A DNA stretch of 64,000 nt, taken from Pseudogymnoascus verrucosus. Taxonomy: Eukaryota. The first letter of the stretch is position 1, and every line of letters begins with the position of its first letter. A model generated the notes under the pieces. That model did no database searches. It saw nothing but the letters and a program-made list of their open reading frames with translations, and was not told where the DNA came from. Position numbers and translations under genes: made by a program. The DNA is taken from the NCBI GenBank assembly GCA_001662655.1, contig KV460213.1; one strand, written 5' to 3'. Below, piece after piece: positions 11,523 to 23,880 of the stretch.

Positions 11523-14500
11523 TCACCTCCTCGCCTGAAACAAACTCAAACTCAACGCCGCATCATTCTCCCCCACCAACGGCGTCGGCTCACTCAAACA
11601 CTCCCACCTCCTCACCACGAACCCCTCCATCCTTCCGCGCTGATTAATCATCAACGTCCCCCCATTCCCACTTCCCCCACCATCCCCCCCTCCTCCGCCT
11701 GTCTCAAGCCCAAAAACATACCTCAACCCCGGATCCCCCAGCACAACTTCCTTCCCGCGCTCCGATAGGAAACGTCCACACTGCGCCCTCGCATCGTCGG
11801 GGAGTTCGTCCACCAAGAGGAGTGAGACGTCCAGGACGTGTTCAGATAGCGCGTCAGTGCCGGTATGCGCGTGTAGCGCTAACAGCAGCGCCGAGAGCGC
11901 CAGGAGGACGCGCGCGCGTACATCTGTTGCGGGCCTAGAAGACGGGAGGGTAGAAGCGTGCGTGGTTATGTATTCGAGCATCAAAGGTAACCACGTGGTA
12001 GTCTCGCTGTACGTGTCTGTGGTAGGTGGTTGCGACAGGGCGTGCGCAAGGTTATTAATCTTCTCCCCAATATCGAGGGCGGTGGTATTGCTGCCGAGGT
12101 TTTGGGTGCTATACGCCGTCGCGGAGATGACGAAGAGCATTCTCTTTGCGAGTGCTGGATCGGACGGCGGTTGAGGCGGGGCGGGGGAGTCGGAGGATGG
12201 GGGTTTGAAGGAGGGTATTGTGGAGAGGAGGGAGCGCTCGGCTCGGTCGCAGAGGTGTTGTGCGATTTGGGGGTCGAGGGTGGGGATTATTTTTGTCCAG
12301 GTTGGGTTGTTGTTTGCGAGGGCGGCGTCGACTGCTCTTTCGTAGGCTTCTAGACGTGATGTATCTGCCGCTGCTTCACTGCTTGAGCTGGGTGCCTCGG
12401 ATGCTGAGAGGGAGCGTAGTGCGAGCTGGCAGAATGGTAGTGTAAGATCTGACGCTACGCCGAAGATCACCTCTATGCGCCTTGCGACAACTAAATCTTC
12501 AGGTCCTGTGGTAGTTGTCTTGAGATCTAAAAGACCGCGAAGGATGGCGCGAAGACAAGTGATAATATGAAGGTCTTGCGACTTTGCCAGCGGTGTGACG
12601 AATTCCTCTAGAACGCAGTCGAACTCGGTAAGAACAAGTCGCTGCAAGAACCTTCGGAATGCATCTCCCTGGCATAATAAGTTTACTGTAACATCGTTGT
12701 TGTCGATCGATGGCTCGGAAATCTCTATGGCGTTGCGGGCGATCTTCAGAATGGCCAAGTGGTCCTTGAATTGGGCTTGGGTCCGTCTAATATTCAACGT
12801 ATAGGCGTCCTCGACAGACATGATGTCGCCATCGCGATAGGTGTTTAGGACTAGAGAAAGGCTTTCGAAGGCAATGCGACTTGTCATGAGCTTGTCGCTA
12901 TCATCCCGTGTCTTTTGAACGCTCGAGACAGATGCCTTCAAGACGTCTTTGAAAGAGAGGCAACCTGCACTGATCAGCGGACCAAGCACATGGCTCAGAT
13001 TAGGCCTGTCGCTTTTTAGGATCGTCTGCTCAACCCAAGGAGTGAGTAGATTGTCGAACTGCTTCGTATCAAAGGTTCGAAGGCGCTCGAGTATTGGACC
13101 ATGTTTCTGCAGTCCTGAATCGGATTTCGCCCAAGACGCTTCCATCTGATTAATAAGAACTTGGAAGAGTCGTTTTAAAGTAGGAGCATCCATTGAAGTG
13201 CCACTGGACAACAGCTTATCAACCTCATCGGAAATATCGCCATCAGATTTCTGTAGTGCTTCGGCTACATGATCCGAGACAGGAGAGCAAGCATCAACAG
13301 CGGATCTGCGAACGCAACGAGCCACATCCCGTGATAGTTGCACGTGTACGTTCGCGGCATCTGGGATGGTCCCAGATAGCGCACACAGAGAGTGAAGCAA
13401 GGCGACAGATTCAGGGCCTTGGATAGCCCCCAGGCTGAATTGGCGCGAAACAAGCGTATCGAAGAGGTCGTTGAGTGCTCCAATCGCGGAAAAAGTGAGC
13501 CGGTGCATGTTAAGCGTGTCTGCTATGGAAGCTAAAATCTGGATGCTGCTGGAGCTCGAGACGAGCTTGAGAATATCGGCAAGCATCGAAAGGTCTTCGG
13601 TGGCTTCTAGAACGGCGCGGGTGAAGTTGAAATCCGCAACAGTGACTGTTGTTGCAGTTTCGTATTCTTGATCTGCTTTCCATTCTCCCATCTCCGAGGG
13701 CGACGTCTTAGTCATACGGAGATTGATTTGCTTTCGGAGTTGCAGTCCGAGTTCTGCCTTGACAGTGCGGCTGAGGTGTGTAATGTTCTGAACAACATCT
13801 GCCGTCGTTGGAGCCTCTTCTCCAGAAGGTGTCTTGCCATATAAGTTTGGGCTGCAACGCTCAAAAGCAAGAGACATATTATTAATAGTCTCAGTTTCAT
13901 TGTCGACAGAAAATGAAGCACGATTAAGTAACGTCTTGCGAATCCTGAGTAGGTTTTCGGGAAGGTCGTGTACGGGCAACTCTGCAAGTAATCTCGTGAC
14001 GCAAGGTCCGTCTGTGGCCACATCCTGGGACCCGTGGAGGCCACCTCGAGCAATTACCCACTGAATGTACTTGGAGACGCAGAAGTGGCCAGACCTTGCC
14101 AGTTCGGAAACTAAGTGGTATACTGCGTCGCCGGATACACCGGGCCCATTGCTCCGGAAGGTCAGGTAGTTCAAGACTGATTCGTCCACATCAATCCCAT
14201 GTCGGCTCCACGTCCTCATAAGACGGGCAGCAACAAATGTCTTCATAAGACTTGGGCGAGCACAGGATGTGGCCCAATCAAAGAGAGTCTGAACCAATAG
14301 TGTTCGATCTCTCATCCCTTTCCAGCATTCTCGTGGCAGGTCCGGGGAGAATTGAACCGATAATGAGGCGTCGAGTAGGTCGATAACTCGGCGCCGTGAG
14401 TTCTGGGTTTCATCTCCACCGGAAGATCGAGACTTGAGACGAGCATTGCGACGGCTAATTGCGTCGAAAATCTGCGTCTCATCTGGTCCACCGGACGTAT

Positions 14501-16157
14501 TGCACGCTTCTAATGTATCACTGTACTTTGGCCAGTGCGATAAGGCAATAAAACTTTCGGGGTTTGTTCTGACAGTCGCGGTGAGGATGTTTCCCACCCG
14601 CTCTATCAGGGGGAGTAATAGGTCTCGATCAGGACTCTCATGCGCCTGCACTTGTGTTAGTAGGCGAACATAAATAACACGGGGTATACGTACATCTTGG
14701 AGATTCGAGCATAGCGCTGCGACCACACGCCGAGCAGATTTACGATATCGTAGTATATCGGCCCAATACACTTCGGCTATCAATAACCAAATTGGTAGCC
14801 TCGTCAAGGGAGTGCTCTCCAACGACGACAGGAGCCAATCCAGATAATGTTCTGTATCCAGTAGTTGTTCCGAATACAGATGTGCAGAAAGTCGAATACT
14901 ACCAATCGATTAGTATGAGCTGCTTAGAATAGCAGTGTGTAGACTTACGAATATAGGACTTTTGACTTCCAGTCCTTGTCCCCACCAGCTGCAACAACAC
15001 CGTCGACAAACTGCTCTACACATACAGTCCAATCTCGAATCCACTTTGACTCGCCGCCCATTGCAAGAGCCCCCGGGACTCCCTTTCTCTTTGAGGCTCT
15101 GATTTCGTTTGCCCCCACACATTTAGCAAGCCACACCGCCCTTTCAGTCGGAACATTTTTCCTCGTGCATTGTTCCAACAACACCTTATTCTTGATGCCG
15201 TGCGGTATAGTTCTGCTGAGGCGTCGTAATGGTATTAATGGATTTGCTAAATCTCGCAACCAAGTTTCCCTCTTTGTATCTGTCAAGGTGACTCGAGGAG
15301 GTGGCTTGAACGATGGCGCAGCGGTAATTTGGGAGTGCTGCCTCCTCTGTCCCAAAACATGCGCAAATAGAGACCCAAGAGTTTGTAGGCCGTTTTTCTG
15401 TCGTAGTGAGGGGTATAATTGTTGTTTGGCGGACGCCGTCTCGTTCTGGCCTGTCTGGACCTTATCGAAATAGCCTTGTCGAATTACATTATCGTTGAAG
15501 CTGTCTTCATTGTGGGTACCTGTCCAGGGGAAGTAGTCCAAATGTCCTGTCTATGTTAGTGAAGTCTACTTAAAACGGGGTGGAATACATACCATTTGAA
15601 GGGTAGCTGGGCGCGTCTGGCGGCGGCTCCAACACATATGGCTTTGGACGAGTCTCCTTCTTTGGCGAGTTCCCTCCATCATGCGCTTTCTTTTGTATAT
15701 GAGATACACCGCTCCGACCTGGCCTTGCCGGCATTGGTAATGGTAAATTCGCCGAACTCTTCTGAGGCGACCCAACCTGCTTCGGCGCATCTGATTGAGC
15801 CTCATGCCGCCTAAACGGAATCCTCTGTCTCGCCCGCTTCGGGAGAGGCATAACCGCGCCCGGCGTACCAGCCGGCGACGGCGACTCCATGCTAACTATA
15901 TTTTGTTTCTGAGCCATCAGCCCCTCCACCCTCACCATCGACCCTCCCGGCTTCGACGGCTCCAGTCGCGGGGGCGCCGTCTCGGCGCCATCGGCTATCA
16001 CTTCGACCGCACTACTGTCGCTCGCCCTCCCCGGCGACGGCTGCTGCTGGCTCTGCTGGAGATGGCTCCGCTGCTGGGCCTGCCTCTGCAACATGCCCGT
16101 GCCGCTCAGCGAGCGTTGGGGCGGGCGCGGGCCGGGCTGTGGTGGTCGGGTGCTCAT
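11523..16157 (-). CDS. MED12: Mediator kinase-module subunit Med12/Srb8
   Basis: Three exons. Med12 domain FKPPPRVTLTDTKRETWLRDLANPLIPLRRLSRTIPHGI...VPTERAVWLAKCVG, followed by a 1099-aa C-terminal ORF. Confidence 0.92.
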
Positions 16158-16833
16158 CGCGGAGGCTGTACGTGATGCGCCATGCCTGTAATTGATGCGG
16201 TTTTTGGGATCACATAAATGGCGGGGAGCGCTTTGTCGGGTGTGAAAAGTGCCGAGTGCGTGTCTTGTGTGGTGGTGGTGTAATGGGGAGATCGCAGGTT
16301 GGTTTTGGACGTGATGATTCCGAAGATGGCGGCCACGACAATAGCGTAAGGCGCAAGGGCCCCGGAAGTGTGGGGGTTTTACTACGGCTCTAGAGCGATC
16401 CCCGAGGCCTAGTCTGTTGGTGGAAGGATCAACAACTGGGAAAAGTTGTTAAATGGGTAGTGTGTTTGATGGGTTCGGAGCAATTAGAGTGGGTGATATG
16501 TTATGTTATGTGATTGTGAAGTCTTGATATTGGGCTGGGTAACAGAGTATTTAGAGAGAGGCTTCTATTCGCAATTCACACTGGGCAGTTCACAAGAGGG
16601 CGACGATTGGGCGCGGCAATAAGTTGAGCTGGGGGGCCGATGGTGCGTGGATGGGGCGGATGGGTGGATGGGATGCTGGGGAATTGACGCTAAAGTGGGT
16701 GCACAGCCGTACTTGCCGTTTGGGGCTAATATTGGTGGTTTAGTGTGGGATTATTACCATAATGGGTTAGTATTTTGTTAGTATCTTGGGTATTTTGGTA
16801 TTTCGGTAACTATCAAACAAATACAAGGTACTG

Positions 16834-16864
16834 TTATTTTACTTATTTTACTTATTTTACTTAT
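16834..16864. repeat. Microsatellite (TTATTTTAC)x3.4
   Basis: Read directly in an AT-rich intergenic region. Confidence 0.85.
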
Positions 16865-18008
16865 CTGTTGTATTTTATGAGTGAGTTACCTACTGTAAAG
16901 TGACTTGCTGTAGGGGAAAAGATGCGTGTATGGAAGGTGCAGATGGGTGGGACACACAGGTAACAGGGTGAACCACGCAGGTTCTATTCCATGCAGCACT
17001 GTCACTCACTCACCCCTTCGATGACATATTCTTTTTGTTGTTGTTTATTCTGCAGTAAGGGAGATAGTTATATACCGTAGATATATAGGGATATATTGTA
17101 TAGAAATATATGGGAATATATTACAATATCTACATATATCCGCGGACAGGCAGGTACGGAAAGTCATCCCGACTAACTACTATACTATACTGACTCGTTT
17201 ATCGCGTGCACAAACTAGACTTGTACTGACACTTCCAATATATTGATTTTAGGGCCAGTTTATGTATCAGACAGATGTGAGGCATGAGGCACGGGCACCG
17301 GACACCGGGCACGTTATTCCACGGTCGGTACGTACTTCCGCGGGAACCATCACACGTTTACTAACTCTACTATCTCTAGTACTACCTCTTTTCGGTCTAT
17401 TCCAACAAGGGTTCCCGAACAACTTTACGTGCATCGGGAGAAGCGGGTAAGACCGAGATTTCTCCCTCAACTTGGTCTGGTCTCTTGGGGTTTCGGGTGG
17501 TGTGGGTGTCTGCGTGTGTGAGATGATCGCCTGAGATTGCCTGTTCAACAACAACAAACTGCGGGTAGATAGGCCGCTTTTCGCTGTTTCGGACAATTTA
17601 ACATCCAAAACCAACAACCACGTAACGTAACCAACCAACGTATCATGAAATTGAATAGAATATATCAGCTTAGCCACTGTACAGTTTCTATGTCATGCTT
17701 GTTCCCGCTTTTGCCTTTATGTTGGTTTTATTTATTGATACACCACAGGTATGCAAAGTACGATATATGGAGAGAATACACCAGATACAGTTTGTGATTG
17801 TGTATATATAGCCTAATCGTCACCTTATCTGCTGCTGACGTGACTTGTGTGAACCCGCCCTAACCCAAACGGGCCTACCTCGTCTCCGAATCTGGGGATC
17901 ATCGGACTGCACACTTCCGCTGGGGTAATTGACACGACCAACGATTCCAGTGACGAGCTGCAACGATTTGACAATTCTCGACGCCCTTGCTCTAATACAT
18001 AATTCAAA

Positions 18009-18559
18009 ATGTCGGCCAAGAAGGATATGCGCAGGGAGGACCTGAGTGAGTGCTTTCATTCCAACAGGACACCATTGCGCTCGACTAACTCAAGCTCCAG
18101 TCATCCCCTACCAGCAGCCAGCCCCGAAGGAGGGTAGCTTGGGAGATATCGGGAGCACTCTGAGCAGCACGGTGCCAATGGCTGCCATGTTCACCAGGAA
18201 CAAGTACATTGGATGGTATGAAGACCCCGCGAAGGATCTGAGGCGGCAGCTAACCATTGGATAGGGCCTCCGTCGTCATTGCACTTCAGAATTGGCTCTC
18301 AGAGAACCCAGACACCAAGGCTGCTGCATCGCAACCAGCGTATATGGGCGTCGGAATGTCCTGTAAGTTTTACTGAAACAAGACCACTGTCTTATAACTA
18401 ACCGTGTGCCTCTCCCATCCAGTCTTGTCGCTTATCATCGTACGTATTACTCCATCCCACCTCCATAGAATCCTCACTGACAAACCACAGACCTACCTCC
18501 CAATGTTCCTCCCTCCCCCACCAACCTCAGGAGCATCAACACCCCCTCCCTCGTCGTAA
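18009..18559 (+). CDS. Small ER membrane protein, Asterix/PAT10 (UPF0139)-like, 5 exons
   Basis: Spliced product MSAKKDMRREDLIIPYQQPAP...MAAMFTRNKYIGWASVVIALQNWLSE...PAYMGVGMSxLSLIITYLPMFLPPPP. The D-x-RR motif, three hydrophobic segments and YLPxxP tail resemble Asterix. Introns are canonical. Confidence 0.7.
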
Positions 18560-20036
18560 GCCACGCGGCGGAACGACACGACGCTTGAGACGGCGGACGT
18601 ACGAGCATAATCATGTACTTTACTGCATATATATTTTACCCACCCCCTTTTTGGAGAGAGATACAGCGGGCGGATCTACCAATACAATTACCGGGCCACT
18701 GTTGGGCGTCTCTGTGATACCGCCACGGAGATAGTATGGGTTGTCTCTTGCTGGCTGCTACTGTAGGTGGAGCGGAACGGAAGTTTGTACGACAAGGAGA
18801 GAGACATTGGGGATTATTGGGCGGGCTGGAGGTGGATGGCTTGAATCGGGTTCAGTGGGCGGACATCAAAAGCTAGCTTCAGGATTATATTATGAGCATT
18901 ACTTCAGTTGACTCTTATCGCTCCCTATGCTGCTTTTTGTGGACACTCAGCTTAACGTGGGTCAGGGCAGTCACTTCAAGGCACTCACTTCCCAACCAGG
19001 CACTTCATCACGAGACACGGTTCCTCGACGTCACCAACTTCTACGATCATATTAGGGGTCCTCACATCCAGCCCTATATTTCACACCATAAAGAATCGGC
19101 CAGTCCGATCTTTCAAAGCCTAACCAGAGCCTCGTGAATCATGAAAGCTTGTATTCACACCTGCGCAGCCTCAAAAGACAAGTTACATGTACTTCTACTT
19201 GTAATGCGCTCCGTGGCGAACCTGTCATCGGGCCAGGTCCTTGTGGCAATCGCTAATCGCCTCCCATGAGTGGTTCGACGCCATTACTAAGCATCACACA
19301 TGACTACTTGTCACAGTCGTATCATTCCTTCGGGAAGATGAGGCTTGTACTCGACTTGTCCACACTGGCGGTGATTTGGGAAAGATAGCTTGCGATAAGG
19401 CGCAATTTCTACTGTATGTGCAGGGTTAGGGAGGGTTGGGGAAGTGGACTAGATTCCCGCCGAGTAGTCTCCTAACATGCTTGATGTTGCTTATTGTCTC
19501 TAATCGTTGCTCTATGTTGCTCTCGTTGCTTTTTGTTGGTCTTGTTGCTGTAGGTCTTACACCAAAATACGTACACTACATACACTAACAATACATAATG
19601 CTGTGGTACATCTCACTTCCAGCCCTTCCACCACTTTCGTAGTTGGCTTGTTGGTTGTATCAATCATTCAGCTCTCACGTGATCAATACGACTCATCCCG
19701 AAAAAGGCAGTCGCTAACCTCAACAGGGTTTAGTGGGGGCTTCTACTGAGGCACCGGTTCTTGCACAAAGCCCCGCGCCTCCTCCATCTTCCTTCAACCT
19801 GTATTACTCTTCCTTCTTCCTCTACAACACCCCACGATCGGTCCCCAACGCATTCACATTCACATTCACATACCAAACCACTCACCTCTACTCTACTTAA
19901 ACAGTTACAACAACTCTTTATCTCTTCATAAAGAAAGTCTTCGTCTCTGTGCAAAAACAACTTACATCAAAACCACACACTTGACAACCCCACCACCAAG
20001 ACACCAACCCAAGGCTACCCAGGAACACTCGAGTTT

Positions 20037-20770
20037 ATGTCAATCGAAAATCTCAAGACCTTTGGTGAGTTATACTTGCATCGATGAGTGCTTTCCATAT
20101 CACGACTCGGCCTCGAGTTGTTTTATTCCAGAAACCGCCACTCGTCGTGCAGATGTCTCTGAAAAGAATAGGGCTAACCTTCATGCAGACCCCTTCGCCG
20201 AGGCAGACGAAGACACAGGAGAGACCAAACAGTCGCAGAATTACATTCACATTCGTATTCAGCGTACGTCCCTCACCTTCCTTTCTCTTGAGCTGTTCGC
20301 CGACGCCACCGGTGGTCGCACAAGCCAAGAAAACCCCGCTGTCCGCATCATCGGGGACAATATGCTGACATCCGTTTGCCACAGAGCGCAATGGTCGTAA
20401 AACTCTGACTACAGTTCAGGGATTGCCCAAGAAGTTTGACCAGAAGAAGATCCTCAAGGTCATCAAGAAGAAGTTCGGTGAGTTGCCACTCGTTCCTCCT
20501 CGACGATTTTACCCCGCCGTGGCGTGACTTGGGACGTTGGGCTAACATTATCACTAGCTTGCAATGGCACCATTGTCACGGACAATGAGATGGGAGAGGT
20601 GATCCAGCTCCAGGGAGACCAGCGCAAGGATGTGCAGGAATTCCTCACCGACAAGAAGGAAGGGCTGGAGCTTGATGTCAAGACCATCAAGGTAAGCTTC
20701 AACTTTACCAGATTTCCCCACATATTTGCCACTCAAATACTAACATATCAAAAAGGTCCACGGTTTCTAA
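20037..20770 (+). CDS. SUI1: Translation initiation factor eIF1 (5 exons)
   Basis: MSIENLKTFDPFAEADED...YIHIRIQQRNGRKTLTTVQGLPKKFDQKKILKVIKKKFACNGTIV...IQLQGDQRK...IKVHGF. Confidence 0.97.
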
Positions 20771-21631
20771 GCCCATATATCCCAACCCCTCTCTGTCCCC
20801 TCGTTGCGAAGATCGACGACGGAAGTACCGCTAGCCCACCCCATGGTTACTTCTTGCCTGCTTCCAGACAAGTCTGGAGGCTTGATCCGTCGTTTAACGT
20901 TTGGGTTCGATTGGGAGGCGTTGGATGATACCCGTATTCTTTATTGAAAGAGAATACCCAAGAAATGGCATAACTTACTGGCTGAAAGCTTCGAGATTAG
21001 AGAGCTGAATTTGGTTTCTGATTGATTGCTTGATTGTCGACGACCTCTTTATATTACTTCTTTTGCTTTTTTGCTTCTGCAAAGATGTACCCTCACTGGA
21101 GACCATTCGGGCGAACCATTTGCGAGGTTTGAGACTGCCGCCCCCCTCGATTGATGACGAGAACCTGGTGATGGTTTGGCAATATACAATATGGTTTCAC
21201 TATTTTGACTGTGCCTGATGACTCTTGAACGTGACTGTCGCTGACTGTGGCTGTGACTGTGAATTTATTATTAATTATTCGCCACCCCCTTCCCCTCAAA
21301 ATTTCCGAAAGTCCTCTTCTCTAGCTGAGACTGTGAATGCCGTCTTCTTATTCATTCATATCCCCTCCCAACCTCTCCTCCTCAAAAACTGTCTAAGAGC
21401 CCAAACATAATGCTCCCAGAATACAAGAATTTCGCTAATCGTCCCAAAGTCGCACCCAAATCCCAAGCGTTGCTTCTCAACCATATCTTTGTCTAGTCGC
21501 ACGCAGATCACCACCACAACAACTGCAACGAATACACTGCGTATATACACCCCTCTCCTCCCCCTCCTCCCCTCCCCTCCCCCCTTTCTCCCCTCTCCCT
21601 TTCTCCCCTCACCCCCCCCCAGTACCAGGTC

Positions 21632-22874
21632 CTATAACTCCCTCCCCACCGGCCCAAGCCCCGTCCGTCTAACAACCTTCTTCCCCACCTCCCACGCCCG
21701 TCCCAATAACTGGAATATCGGCGGGACAGGCATGGTATTCACCCGCGAGAGGTGCAGTTGGATGAGCAGAAGGGCCATGCTGGCAAAGGAGGCGAGGGAG
21801 AAGATGGAGATTGTCTCGCGGGTTTCGCGGCGGATGTTGATGTGCCGTTGGGTGGTGTGGTAGGCTACTGTTAGGGTCTTGGGGGGGTTAGCTTGGGTGT
21901 TCTTGGGGGGAGGGGGGAGGGGGGAGGGGAACGGTGGTTATGGAGAGAAGGGGAGGTGGGGGAGGGTATAATCGAGACGTACGCTGGCAATGCTTATCCA
22001 AGCCGGCAACAGCTGCCGTGGGTCTTCACTCCCGCCGGAGAGATAGAGGACCCATGATGTTATGTAGGCGTTTATAGAGTTAATCGTGAGGAGGCGGACG
22101 AGGGTTGCTTGGGGGGTGTAGTGGACGAGCCTGCGGGGGGTAAAAGTTAGCTAGGAACGAGAGGCCAGGATGGGGGAGGCGGGAAGGGGGGAAGTGGAAG
22201 GGGGAAAGGGAGAGAATGGAGGGGAAGGGACGTACCAACGCGACATGAGGCAGTCCGTGAAAAAGAACGATAGGTAAGCTGATGCACCACACTGTAATCG
22301 CAAACTGTTAGCTTCCTGTCCATCCAACAAACGGTGAGCCCACGGCCTCCCGCAGTTGCATATGCAACCCGCACCAACAGCACCCATCTCCAACGTCCTT
22401 CCCCACCTCCCTCACACCACCACATATCTCTCAGGACAGGAAATCACTCACCCAAAGTAACGCCAAAAACACCTCCGTAACTCTAAACCTCCTCTCCACG
22501 CTCCAAACCCCCCCCTCTCCCTCCTCCCCTTCAACCATCACCTCCCCCACAAACGTCAACAGACATCTCAGCCCCCACCATGCTGCCGGGAGGGTACTGA
22601 GCCCGCGACAGATGAGGAGCGGGATATGCCAGTGTGTGTTCACGCCTAGGAGGACGGCGATGGAGGGGTGGAGGACTGATCGGCGGCGGGTGTCCTGACG
22701 GGGGTCCTGCCGGCTGGTGGGGGCGGTTGGTTTTTGTTTCGAGGGTTGGTGGGGGGGTTTGCTGCTGGTGGTGGTGGAGAGGGGGAGGCCGGCGGCGGCG
22801 TGGTTCGAGTAGGGGGGTGTGGGCGTGGTGGGCGGTTGAGTGATGGGCGGGGAGGGGCGCGAGGGGAAAGGCAT
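21632..22874 (-). CDS. EOS1: EOS1-family ER membrane protein (N-glycosylation/oxidative stress), 4 exons
   Basis: Spliced motifs LLWCGASAYLSFFFTDCLMSRWLVHYTPQATLVRLLTIN...LLPAWISIASTLTVAYHTTQRHINIRRE; ends GREL*. Confidence 0.8.
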
Positions 22875-23880
22875 ATGATGCGGCGCCAGAGGGTTGGGGA
22901 TTACGGCATGTGCTGCCGCATTGCAGGTTTAGGTGTTGGTGGGAGGATGGTAGGGAGGTGGTTCCAAGGTGCTGGAGGTTGGGTTGACGTTTGTGTTCTG
23001 TTGTCAGTCTGTACTAGACCGTTGACACAGTGATTTCTTTTGGGGGAGTGGCAGAATCGTGAAATGCGTTGCGTAAATTTCACAAAGGTCAGTTAAACCA
23101 TAGGATCCTGGTCATGTGTGTCAGTTGCATTTTAATTGAGCATTGGGAATTGAGAGTTAGTGAACAGATGGTTGTACACGCGCCAGACCGCACTGCGCGG
23201 CAGCCAGTCATGTTGCAGCGCGCCAGTTACATCTGTGGAGAATGCTATGTCACATCACCCTCCTAAGCGCTGGCGATTGCACCCCTGTCAACGCAAATAG
23301 AGAGCCAGATAAATTGTTACAGTAACTTTTAGTTGCCATCGGCTTGTGAAGCTGGATATGAAGCTGCTAGAGTTAGTATATTAGCTGTATTTCTTTCAGA
23401 ATCGGGGTTATATTGTTATGGCCCTTAATTAGTCTGGGTCTCATCTTCCGGCCCTCTATGGTGAGGTTCTCCTACCCGCCGGTTGGTGAACCCCCGCGTA
23501 ACCAGCCCCTCGGTATCCTTTGCTTTCGTAGGCCTTTAATTGCCAGCCACTCGACTGAACTGAACTGCGACCACCATGGATAGGTACATAAGCGAGTTGG
23601 TGTGCGGATGTTAGGCCTTCTATTAACTAACCCAACGCCCACAACTGCGACACCACCCCCTCTGCGTCTCGCGCCGGCGTTGTCCCCGCCATACATTTGA
23701 ATTCAGTTTCGTCTCTACAACTATATCCTACTTGTCTTTGCCTGCCTTTGATTTTAGCGACCTTATATGCTCTATTTAGAATATACGGCGTCATAGGCGG
23801 GTGGGTGTACTATTGTCCTTCTAAATCAGTTTAGATCTGTCTGGAGTTGAACCACTTCGAGTATTCACGAGCCAACGACA

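Noticed and set aside
20082..20162. Possible box C/D snoRNA in SUI1 intron 1 (TCGATGA...CTGA)
   Set aside because: Imperfect C box, no terminal stem and no rRNA guide complementarity that I could identify.
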